Assembly (NCBI GenBank): GCA_977017575.1
Contig: CDRNVI010000075.1
Location: 1-64,000, forward strand
Reading direction: 5' to 3'
DNA from: Paramoeba atlantica
Taxonomy: Eukaryota > Protista > Discosea
Length of the DNA stretch: 64,000 nt
Program-made: the position numbers and the translations under genes
In this document: in pieces, positions 1-11,500 of the stretch
How positions within the stretch are numbered: the first letter of the stretch is position 1
Layout of the letters: each line of letters starts with the position of its first letter
Notes under the pieces: generated by a model
The model's database searches: none
Told to the model about the DNA's origin: nothing
The model's input: only the letters and a program-made list of their open reading frames with translations

Positions 1-2680
1 CCTCTTTCTTCCTCTTTCTTCCTCTTTCTTCCTCTTTCTTCCTCTTTCTTCCTCTTTCTTCCTCTTTCTTCCTCTTTCTTCCTCTTTCTTCCTCTTTCTT
101 CCTCTTTCTTCCTCTTTCTTCCTCTTTCTTCCTCTTTCTTCCTCTTTCTTCCTCTTTCTTCCTCTTTCTTCCTCTTTCTTCTCTTTCTTCCTCTTTCTTC
201 CTCTTTCTTCCTCTTTCTTCCTCTTTCTTCCTCTTTCTTCCTCTTTCTTCCTCTTTCTTCCTCTTTCTTCCTCTTTCTTCCTCTTTCTTCCTCTTTCTTC
301 CTCTTTCTTCCTCTTTCTTCCTCTTTCTTCCTCTTTCTTCCTCTTTCTTCCTCTTTCTTCCTCTTTCTTCCTCTTTCTTCCTCTTTCTTCCTCTTTCTTC
401 CTCTTTCTTCCTCTTTCTTCCTCTTTCTTCCTCTTTCTTCCTCTTTCTTCCTCTTTCTTCCTCTTTCTTCCTCTTTCTTCCTCTTTCTTCCTCTTTCTTC
501 CTCTTTCTTCCTCTTTCTTCCTCTTTCTTCCTCTTTCTTCCTCTTTCTTCCTCTTTCTTCCTCTTTCTTCCTCTTTCTTCCTCTTTCTTCCTCTTTCTTC
601 CTCTTTCTTCCTCTTTCTTCCTCTTTCTTCCTCTTTCTTCCTCTTTCTTCCTCTTTCTTCCTCTTTCTTCCTCTTTCTTCCTCTTTCTTCCTCTTTCTTC
701 CTCTTTCTTCCTCTTTCTTCCTCTTTCTTCCTCTTTCTTCCTCTTTCTTCCTCTTTCTTCCTCTTTCTTCCTCTTTCTTCCTCTTTCTTCCTCTTTCTTC
801 CTCTTTCTTCCTCTTTCTTCCTCTTTCTTCCTCTTTCTTCCTCTTTCTTCCTCTTTCTTCCTCTTTCTTCCTCTTTCTTCCTCTTTCTTCCTCTTTCTTC
901 CTCTTTCTTCCTCTTTCTTCCTCTTTCTTCCTCTTTCTTCCTCTTTCTTCCTCTTTCTTCCTCTTTCTTCCTCTTTCTTCCTCTTTCTTCCTCTTTCTTC
1001 CTCTTTCTTCCTCTTTCTTCCTCTTTCTTCCTCTTTCTTCCTCTTTCTTCCTCTTTCTTCCTCTTTCTTCCTCTTTCTTCCTCTTTCTTCCTCTTTCTTC
1101 CTCTTTCTTCCTCTTTCTTCCTCTTTCTTCCTCTTTCTTCCTCTTTCTTCCTCTTTCTTCCTCTTTCTTCCTCTTTCTTCCTCTTTCTTCCTCTTTCTTC
1201 CTCTTTCTTCCTCTTTCTTCCTCTTTCTTCCTCTTTCTTCCTCTTTCTTCCTCTTTCTTCCTCTTTCTTCCTCTTTCTTCCTCTTTCTTCCTCTTTCTTC
1301 CTCTTTCTTCCTCTTTCTTCCTCTTTCTTCCTCTTTCTTCCTCTTTCTTCCTCTTTCTTCCTCTTTCTTCCTCTTTCTTCCTCTTTCTTCCTCTTTCTTC
1401 CTCTTTCTTCCTCTTTCTTCCTCTTTCTTCCTCTTTCTTCCTCTTTCTTCCTCTTTCTTCCTCTTTCTTCCTCTTTCTTCCTCTTTCTTCCTCTTTCTTC
1501 CTCTTTCTTCCTCTTTCTTCCTCTTTCTTCCTCTTTCTTCCTCTTTCTTCCTCTTTCTTCCTCTTTCTTCCTCTTTCTTCCTCTTTCTTCCTCTTTCTTC
1601 CTCTTTCTTCCTCTTTCTTCCTCTTTCTTCCTCTTTCTTCCTCTTTCTTCCTCTTTCTTCCTCTTTCTTCCTCTTTCTTCCTCTTTCTTCCTCTTTCTTC
1701 CTCTTTCTTCCTCTTTCTTCCTCTTTCTTCCTCTTTCTTCCTCTTTCTTCCTCTTTCTTCCTCTTTCTTCCTCTTTCTTCCTCTTTCTTCCTCTTTCTTC
1801 CTCTTTCTTCTCTTTCTTCCTCTTTCTTCCTCTTTCTTCCTCTTTCTTCCTCTTTCTTCCTCTTTCTTCCTCTTTCTTCCTCTTTCTTCCTCTTTCTTCC
1901 TCTTTCTTCCTCTTTCTTCCTCTTTCTTCCTCTTTCTTCCTCTTTCTTCCTCTTTCTTCCTCTTTCTTCCTCTTTCTTCCTCTTTCTTCCTCTTTCTTCC
2001 TCTTTCTTCCTCTTTCTTCCTCTTTCTTCCTCTTTCTTCCTCTTTCTTCCTCTTTCTTCCTCTTTCTTCCTCTTTCTTCCTCTTTCTTCCTCTTTCTTCC
2101 TCTTTCTTCCTCTTTCTTCCTCTTTCTTCCTCTTTCTTCCTCTTTCTTCCTCTTTCTTCCTCTTTCTTCCTCTTTCTTCCTCTTTCTTCCTCTTTCTTCC
2201 TCTTTCTTCCTCTTTCTTCCTCTTTCTTCCTCTTTCTTCCTCTTTCTTCCTCTTTCTTCCTCTTTCTTCCTCTTTCTTCCTCTTTCTTCCTCTTTCTTCC
2301 TCTTTCTTCCTCTTTCTTCCTCTTTCTTCCTCTTTCTTCCTCTTTCTTCCTCTTTCTTCCTCTTTCTTCCTCTTTCTTCCTCTTTCTTCCTCTTTCTTCC
2401 TCTTTCTTCCTCTTTCTTCCTCTTTCTTCCTCTTTCTTCCTCTTTCTTCCTCTTTCTTCCTCTTTCTTCCTCTTTCTTCCTCTTTCTTCCTCTTTCTTCC
2501 TCTTTCTTCCTCTTTCTTCCTCTTTCTTCCTCTTTCTTCCTCTTTCTTCCTCTTTCTTCCTCTTTCTTCCTCTTTCTTCCTCTTTCTTCCTCTTTCTTCC
2601 TCTTTCTTCCTCTTTCTTCCTCTTTCTTCCTCTTTCTTCCTCTTTCTTCCTCTTTCTTCCTCTTTCTTCTTCCTCTTCTT
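1..2680. repeat. 10-bp tandem array (CCTCTTTCTT)n; candidate terminal/telomeric repeat
   Basis: Near-perfect array from base 1, with two single-C phase slips (~180, ~1810). It degenerates at 2670-2680 and directly abuts an RT fragment. Confidence 0.98.
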
Positions 2681-2688
2681 GGGACGAC

Positions 2689-4045
2689 ATGATTCAGGGC
2701 GCCGGGAAGGAACCCGGGCGATTACTCATGCCACGCGGGTATGGGAATAGGGCTCAGGAAGAGTCCTCATTAAACGCGGCTCAGCACCACGGGCGAGCTG
2801 GCGTCGCCGCACCTGTCGGTGCCGGCACCTCTCCTTGGAGGATACTCTGTGATTTTGTATCCTATACCTATACGAGTTTTATGCGCAGGACGTATTTTGG
2901 AGAGAGAAACCATCCCAGAAAAGAGAACTGGCCAATCGATCCGATTGATGTAAAACGGGTAAATGTAGAAGAACTACTTCTACTGAAAACTGGAAGCGAT
3001 GTGAGAGAAGAAAAGAAAATATTCGGTTTCGTGCAGGACGCGAATAAGTTTAAGGGCTTGTTGAGGAAGGATTACGATCCTCGTTATCGCGGTGAATCGA
3101 AGAGGCTGGAACCTTTCGTGGAGGAGATGGTGAGGTCCGGGGTAATAAAGAGAATCCCACGGAGAACCGCAAAAATATGGATGACAGCATTTTTGATTCC
3201 CAAGCCGAAGAAGAAAACCATGCGTGTGATCTTGAATGAGATTCCTCTCAACGAGATACAATCTATAGTCCCAGGCCCTTTAACGTTAGCGAGCTTGCAG
3301 GATATTGAAAAGGCGGTCCTGGAAAACAAATTCTTCGGGGAGACGGATGGAAGAAATTGGTACCATCAGTTTGGGCTTCCAGAAGATGTTCTGCCCTACT
3401 TGGCCGTTCGCATTAAGGGAAGGACATATGGTTGGGCCACATTGCCCATGGGATGGCATTCTTCGGTAAAAATTGGTCATGCGGCTACAAGCTTGATCCA
3501 CAACCTTCCGGTTAGTAATTCACATCCACTGACTTTTATCGACAATTGTTACCGCTTTGGAACCAGCCAGGAGGGTGTAGAGGATGACCTGAGCCAAACT
3601 TTGCAACGTGCGAAGCAGGTTGGCGCCGAAATTGCGGTCACCACGAAGCCCACCAGTAAGGGCACGGTATTAGGCATTGAGGTACATCATCATCATCATT
3701 AGGCATTGAGGTAAATCTAGAGGAAAAGAAACTCTCACTGCCGGTTCAGTTTATTGATAAATTAAAACACTTACGCGAGGCATTCAAGTTACTAGCGCAA
3801 CAGCATCGCTTGCCGACGCACCGTCTAATCTGGAAAGTGTTGGGGACTCTGTTCTGGGCAACTAGAGTTTTAGGTATTACTCAATGCGAATTTCCAACTG
3901 TGATGTATTGGCTGAAGGGGAGAGCACGCAGATTGGCAGCTAAGCCAGTCTTATGGGATTTACCATGCCAGATGTCCCAGAAATTCATCTCGAGCCTTAT
4001 TGCGCTAATCGATAGAGTGGAGGCAAACACCCCTAGAAAATTGGA
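2689..4045 (+). pseudogene. YR (DIRS-order) retrotransposon RT fragment, frameshifted, RNase H missing
   Basis: RT motifs AFLIPK, TDGRNWYHQF, LPMGWHSS, FIDN. A 29-bp duplication/insertion at 3669-3713 shifts the frame; the continuation is ORF 3810..4112. The 3' boundary is approximate. Confidence 0.8.
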
Positions 4046-4111
4046 GAGGGGAGAAACCAGGCTCATAGCGAAGGAAATCCGGAACAAGACAACCACATCG
4101 GTGGCATCATA

Positions 4112-6405
4112 AAATCGATAAATCCAGACACCGAATTCCCCATTCCTTTCGAGCGCATACAGAAGTCTTGTTCTTCAATAAAAAAAGGAACCAAATGCAC
4201 AGTGGCGTGGACATTCGATAAACAAACCGCCTTGAACATCTCCGAAGGAACCGTAACACGATCCGCGAATCGGACCGGGGCGTCGAAACTACATTTGAGC
4301 TATAAAGGTCTGTTCGGCCATCGTGCAGAAGAAAGTTTTCCAGGTTTTCTTCCTCCGCAAGAAAATATCCGTGTATATCAGATCCGTTGGTACAGAGCTC
4401 CTCCAGCCATTGACGAGAACCTTCCTATTGAGACCCGCGAAGAAACACATGTTAAAAAGGCCAGAGCGCTTAAGCTGGACACAGGAGCTGAAGACGTAGA
4501 CCATCTCCCAATTCCAACCGCGAAAACCATTAGTCCTGATTTTATCTCCAGTGTGATTGCCATATACAGGGACATCATGCACATCTATGCAGAAAGCGAC
4601 TACGTACAAAGAAATCAAATTTGGAATAAAGCTTTGTCTGCAATGAAACTTTCATTAGCTTCTGTGCGTCAAGCCAATAGTAGACAACGGCGGCGAAGAC
4701 CCATACAACAAGAGACAGTTGAACACAATCAACCAGAAGACGAGTTTTTTCATGAGGACAAGCGAGCAATCAAACGGGCCACTCGTTTGGTGCTAGAAAA
4801 CTGTACATCGAAGGCTTCAAGGATTTTGGACTGTTCTTTTCAGAAGAGCACGTTGACTGATCAAGAAAAAGTCCAAAAACTACGTGCACTTCATCCAGAA
4901 CAAAACTGCAATTTCAAAGTTCCGGAAGATGCACCGATTATCGCAGGAATAGCCGTACAAGAATTAAGATGTGCAAGTAGACGACTGGCAAAAGGTGTGA
5001 GCCCTGGGCCTACAGGTACGACCGACAGCATCGTAAGACTTCTCATAGACGACGAGCCATGTTGCAATAGCCTTTGCCACATGATGAGCGATCTGATCAA
5101 CGGATTCCTATCTAGACAAGTTCTACAGCGTCTAAATCGGGCAAGACTCGTAGCCATCGACAAGCCCAACGGGGGAGTACGCCCAGTAGCTATTGGAGAA
5201 ATATTTAGCAAATTAGCTGGAATAATTCTGCTGCAAAGATACGAAAAGTCACTAGAACCCCTCTTTGCACCAATGCAACAAGGCGTATTCTCTCAAGCGG
5301 GGTGCGAACGAATCGTACACAAGTTGCGGGACCGCTGGCTTGACGGACACTCAATCCTGACTGTGGATATGCAAAATGCATTCAACTCACCCTCACGAGA
5401 GGAAATTGCAAAGTGCGTTTTTGCTTTCGCTACACTGAAACCCTTTCAAAGGTTCTTTGCGGCCGAATATTCAAATGCTTCCGAACTTTTATTTTATGGC
5501 TCCGATGGCAGCCTGACGGACATTATAATGAGCTCAGCAGGTGTACGGCAAGGGTCCGCTCTGGCTAGTCTTTACTTTTGCGTATTCTGTCAACCAATAC
5601 TCGAGACACTGGCCTCCGAATTTCCAGGTATTGAAATAAATGCATACATTGACGATATAACGTTAGTGTCTCGAGATTCAACCGAACTGGAGAAAGCATT
5701 CTTTAGGCTCAAAGGTCTCCTAGAAGAAAAACAGGTGAAACTAGCCGAGGCAAAATGCGTTTGGTTCAGAGGAAAATCCGGAAATTCCATACCGAATTCG
5801 CTGAGCACCCAAGGTGTAAAGTCGGAGGACGAAGCGGTCAAAGTACTCGGAGCGTATATTGGAGAAAACAACACAATAAGTGAACGACTTTTGCGTCAAC
5901 TAGAGAAGCAGGTCACAGCTTTTCGGCGGCTAAAACGAATGGGCATCAATAATATATCGATGATTCTTTTAGCAAAATGTGCCAATGTTCGTCAACAATA
6001 CCTGATTCGTGTTCACCCGCCCGAAACAACAGAGAAAGCATCATCACAATTCGATCAAGAGGTTGAAAATGTGGTAGAGACTTGGATTGGTCCACTCTCT
6101 CCTGATCAAATGAAAATTGTACGATTACCCGTTAAGAAGGGAGGAATGGGTTTGACAGCGAGCAGTCCCCTTAGGGAGACGGCATATGTGGCATCCCGCT
6201 ACTCGGTTCTTGAGCGCCGAAACTCTTTTTCAGCTCGGATCGACAACGCGGTGCCATCACACCCGTCTATTCCTAAGAACTCGACAATGAAAGTCATACC
6301 AGTGGACGAAAAAACTTCCACCAGCATTCATCATGTCGAAGTTTTGAAAGAGTTGCAAACGGATCCCGACATTAAGCCCATTCTACAAGCCACATCCTTC
6401 AAAGA
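4112..6405 (+). pseudogene. Family B RLE non-LTR element: N-terminal beta-barrel module plus RT, 3'-truncated
   Basis: ORF 4202..6436 is open upstream to at least 4112 (KSINP, homologous to the 57687..58868 ORF). RT motifs GVRPVAIGE, VDMQNAFN, GVRQGS, AYIDD. Confidence 0.87.
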
Positions 6406-6432
6406 AATTCCTTTTCTGCTCGAGCTCACACA

Positions 6433-7623
6433 ATGAAGAAGACTACGACACAAGCCGAACATCTCATACACGAAGGAAAAATGACGGTACTACGACCTCC
6501 CGAAGACGATATAACAGAAACTGTTAAGCTGCAAAATAAAACTTGGGAAAAACTCATGCACGAACCAAAGCTTGCCGCCATTCTCAAAGTTACCTCATAC
6601 AAAGGCAATAACGACTGGCTCATGTCAAACACCAGACTCGTACCTCCACGGAACTTTGAACTTACGATCATGCCGCGACTTGGAATTGTCCATCCCAAAT
6701 TACCTCGAAACCTCACCTGCCCCGGGTGCAAGATTATATTAGACGGCAACACGGCCCTCACCCACATCCCTGGATGTGTCCGATGCTCCGGCCTCAACGC
6801 AACCGTAAAACACAACGCTCTTGTCAAGTACATTGGTGACCTATGTATTCGGGCTGGAATTCCATGTGAGATCGAACCTCGGGCCTTCACCACGTGGACG
6901 TGTCAAGCATGCAACGCAAATGTTAACTACGAGAACCAGGTCATTCATCAAAGAACATGTGCTGGACGAACTTTCCATCGATCAGGACCTGATCTCTTGA
7001 TTTACTGGGCCAGCGGGGAAATTTTCTACGACCTTACCGTTGTCCATGACCTTTCTCCGTCGCACATCAACTCTAATTGCTCGAAACTAATGAAGGAAGC
7101 CACAGAACGAAAACATGGACATTATGTCGCAAGCGGACTAATTTCATCAGGAGCATTTCAGTGCCTACCAGTTTTATCCAGCGGAGGACTGAGCACAACA
7201 ACAAGAAATCTCCTCTACGCTTTGGCCGACGCAACAGTGCAAAATAGAAAAACCGTCGAGGCCGACTTTAAACTTCTATTACAGGACCTCAACGGAGCTG
7301 CTGTATACTCGCAACTCCGCAAATACTTAGCGTCGAATGGAACAGAAAATTATGGTTTTTGAGTCAAACAGATTAATACTTTAGTAAAATTATATATTTA
7401 ATACATAAGCTTACAAAGACGCGTAAGCTTCAACAAAAAAAATCAACAAACCAGAAAACTTAAATTATCTATTTATCTATTTATTTGTAAGTCCTGTTCT
7501 AGTTATTTTTGGAGGTAGTTTCTCTCACGAGAGAAGGGGGGAAGGTGATTTTTCGCCCGTGGCTTCCTGTCATAGGATTTCACAGGAGAAATGCCTCAAA
7601 AAAAAAAAAAAAAAAAAAAAAAA
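6433..7623 (+). mobile_element. 5'-truncated family B RLE copy (zinc knuckle + RLE ORF 6433..7362, 3'UTR, poly(A))
   Basis: CPGC..H..GC knuckle, EP, GPDL, YDLTVVH. The ILxxTSxKG segment is also present in the preceding ORF, so this is a separate copy. Poly(A) at ~7598-7623. Confidence 0.85.
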
Positions 7624-8567
7624 ATCAAAGGAAACAGCGACTGGATCCTTTCCAACGCGAAGTACATCCCTTCCCATCTCTTCAAACTCGCGATTATGCC
7701 ACGACTAAATGCCCAACACCCAGATCTACCTACCAGTCTATTGTGTCCAGGGTGCGGTATTCTCCTCAATAACCGAAACGCCCTCACCCATATCCCAGGC
7801 TGTGCTCAATGTTCAGGTATAAATACGACCGTGAAACATAACTCACTTGTCGGATTTTTACATCGTCTATGCGTGAAAGCAGGCATCCCATGTGAAACGG
7901 AACCTAGAAACTTTTCTACGTGGAAGTGCATCGCTTGCCGATCCACAATCAGTCCGGAAAACCAGTTGGTACATCAGAAGACTTGTGCAGGAAAAAAACT
8001 TTGTCGGTCTGGCCCCGATCTCGTGATCTATTGGAACACGGGTGCGGTCTTCTATGATCTGACAGTTATTCACGAACTCTCAATGTCTAATCGTGGAAAG
8101 AAATGCACACAGCTCATGAATGACGCGCTGCAGCGAAAGTCCAACACATATGTACGTACGAACTTAATTCGTGAAGACTCATTTCAATGTTTACCCGTAC
8201 TGGCAGGAGGCGCTTTGCACCGCAATACGCAGAACTTGGTACACTCGCTAGCAGACGCGGCCATGCTAAACAGGAAACAGGTCGAACTCGAAATGAAGCT
8301 GACGATTCAGGAGCTTAATGGATTAGGGATTTATGCGCAGCTAAAGAAATACTTAGACGGCTGCACGCAAACTCAAGAATATAGTATATAAGTTCTAAAC
8401 ACAATATCACTATAAGCTGAGTCAGCTTATAAAAATATATAGATTTCATTTTCGGGATAGTTTCTCTTTGAAAATTGAGAGAAGGGGGGAAGGTGAACAT
8501 GTCTCATATTTGATAGTAATCGGCGCGTATATAATATATGCGCTCCACGGGCTAAAAAAAAAAAAAA
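7624..8567 (+). mobile_element. 5'-truncated family B RLE copy (ORF to 8391, 3'UTR, poly(A))
   Basis: Same knuckle/RLE motifs. Starts immediately after the previous poly(A). Tail at ~8554-8567. Confidence 0.85.
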
Positions 8568-8574
8568 TGACAGA

Positions 8575-11500
8575 TTGAACTTCTTTGTCGAACAAAAAAA
8601 AAAAAAAAAAAAAAAAAAGAATGAAGAGCAAAATCCGACCTTCGAGGAGGAGGCGTCGTCTCACACACTTGGGTCCTGGGATCAATTTGCGGCAAACAAA
8701 TCTTTAGCGAAGGGACCTAGCACGTACGATGAGCTAATCTACACCACAGCCCTCCCTAATGATATTCCTCAGGACTGGGAAAAGAGAACGGACGAAATCC
8801 TTCGAAGTATGAAGACGGCAACGCAGGACTCAACGCCAGATTTGGGGCATGCGAATGAACTATCAAGTGAAAGAACCGAGGAAGAGATACACTGCAGTGT
8901 GCGTCGGGACGATGAACCTTCCCCTTTCCATTTCGAGGGAACGCACTCAAATTCACCCAGCCAATTACAAACTTCAAACAGGGCTGTGAAGGAGAGATGC
9001 CTGCGTCGAACAAGGAGAATGGAAGGTGCCGTTGACACAGAGAACGCGATGATGTTTCCAGACCTCACGCCTACTGAACTTGACTTCACAATCACAACAA
9101 AACGCAAAGGTAGGAGAAAGAAGAAACGAATAAAACGAACGGCAACGACGTGTACTGACGGTACCAACTCTTCAAGCCCCGAGGGTGACGAGCACGAAGA
9201 CAGCGTGACACCTGAGCCCACTCAAAACGGTAAACAAAAGCGCCGCCGAGACATAGCGAAAAGCTTCTCGAATTATTTTCCTACGACAGGTCACCGGACA
9301 GACAAAACACCAAGCGGCAAATCCCAACTTCCTCCGTCTGTAGCCGCATTCCGCAGCACGCATCAGGACTCTTTGAAAACTTGCCCAGTTAAAGGGTGCG
9401 TGTGGAAAACACTCGCTCATGGCGGCAGGTGGCAAGCTTACTACAACCACGTAGCTACAAGACACGCGAATGAAGTGCCCGAATCCTGGTGGACGAACGA
9501 AGGGCGCTTTCTCTGCCAGAAATGCGGGCGACATTACGAAGAAGGCAAACGAGCAACACACGACAACGCTTGCAAAGGAACCTCGACTGACTCTGTAGCC
9601 AATCCCGCGAATAACTTGACGCAGAGTTCATTGGACCACGGTTCGCGCAGCACCGATGTCTCACAGAGTGTCCAACCTCTTCCTTTACCATCGCTTTCTG
9701 ATATTTGCATGACTCCTATCAACACTTCTAGGGATGTTCCATTCCGATGCCGCTACCAATGGGCGAAAACGCTCACCGATGTATTATCCTCCGTAGCCAG
9801 CGAGAACTCCGTAGCGGCATGGACCCGTCTCGGCATGCTGCCTAAATGCGTTCTACCGGCCCCGAACCGCGGGGGGCGCAAAGGTCGTCTTTCTTATGCC
9901 TCACATGTGACAAAAAGCCTAGAAAGGTGGGGAAAAGGGGAATTTACCGCTCTGTGGATTGAAGCGACCAAAAACAACACGAAGTCGTCGCACCCATCAA
10001 CCAAAGACCAAGATCAAGACCAGGAGCTTGCGCAAGAAGTAAGAAGGGCAAAAGAACGATGCGAAAAACTTGTACGCCAGGGTGAAGTCTCTCGTGGAAT
10101 GAGTGCACTAACGGCGGCACCCTTTGCACCTGACAACGACGAAACGTACTGCAAGTTGATGGCAAAGCATCCCACTCGTGCGCAGGACTGCATGCTTCAA
10201 GATCTCCCGTACCCTAACGCACCTCCCTTGAAAGTAAACGAAGAAGAAGTTAAGCACGCTTTGGGCAGCTTTCGCAAGGGATCATCTGGCGGAACGATGT
10301 CGCTGAGAGCTGAGCACCTTCAGATAGCACTACGTGCCCACGTGGACGAGAAAGTACACCCTCTCACCGCTCTTACAGACGTAGTCAATGTGCTTCTTTC
10401 TGGAAAAGCTCCATTCGAGATTCAGGAACGTTTCGCTGGGGCCAGATTGTGTGCACTTCAGAAAGGAGAATGTGACGTCCGACCTATAGCCGCAGGCGAG
10501 ACAATCCGTCGTTTGGTTGGTAAAGTGGCATGTCTAACAGCCAAGAAAAAAGCTAGTCGCTTGTTTAAAGGAATACAGTATGGGGTTGCCACGCCAGCCG
10601 GATCGGAGAGGGTGATCCACCTCTGCCGACAGACTATGTCCCGCCATGCCGATGACACGAACTTTGTGCTATGTAAGGTGGACCTAGCGAACGCGTTCAA
10701 TAGAGTATCCAGATCTGCGTTCATCGCCTTACTTCGCAAACATTTTCCAGAATTGTCAGCATGGGTGGAGTGGACCTACTCCACGGATAGTCTCCTAACT
10801 TACGGTTCCAGAACTCTTCCATCATCCGAGGGGGTTCAACAAGGGGACCCCCTAGGGCCTCTCCTTTTTTCCCTCGTAATGCTCGAAGCCGCGAAAATGA
10901 TCAAAGAAGCACTCCCAGGCAGTCTCCAGCTTCACCTCTGGTACCTCGACGACGGGGTAATAGCCGGTAAGGCCGAAGACGTCAGTTTCGCTTTAGAGAC
11001 TCTTTCTCGAGTTGGTCCTAAGTGGGGTCTTCACATCAATACCTCTAAATGCGAAATAATAACGAACCCTGCCTCGGCACACCAAACTGCTCTTTTTTCC
11101 GATATTCCGGAACCCAAGATAAACCGCGAAGGAAATTTTGACATTCTTGGGAGCCCCATAGGCTCTGCTCAACATTGCATAGATTTCCTTACGACACACG
11201 CCGTGGAACCGGCAGAAGAGACCCTGGAAGCTATAGAAATGCTCGAAGATCCTCAAATTGCCTTGTCATTGATCAGACAGTGTGCGGGTTTTTGTCAAAT
11301 GGTCCATTCGCTTCGAACTACCCCACCACATGAGCTTTCTGCACTCTGTCAGCGCCTTGATGAAGCAGTCCTCCATGCGTATGAATGGAATATATGCCCG
11401 CTTAGCTCCTCAGCTCGATCACAAGTTCAACGCCCGAAACGGTATGGAGGTTTTGGTCTCCGATCTGCATCTGCGCACCGCTCAGCGGCGTACGTGTCTT

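Noticed and set aside
3685-3699. HHHHH resembling a His-tag or cloning artefact
   Set aside because: It is CAT filler between two copies of ATTAGGCATTGAGGTA; there is no vector context.
7591-8620. Poly-lysine N-termini of ORFs
   Set aside because: These are translated poly(A) tails of the upstream elements.
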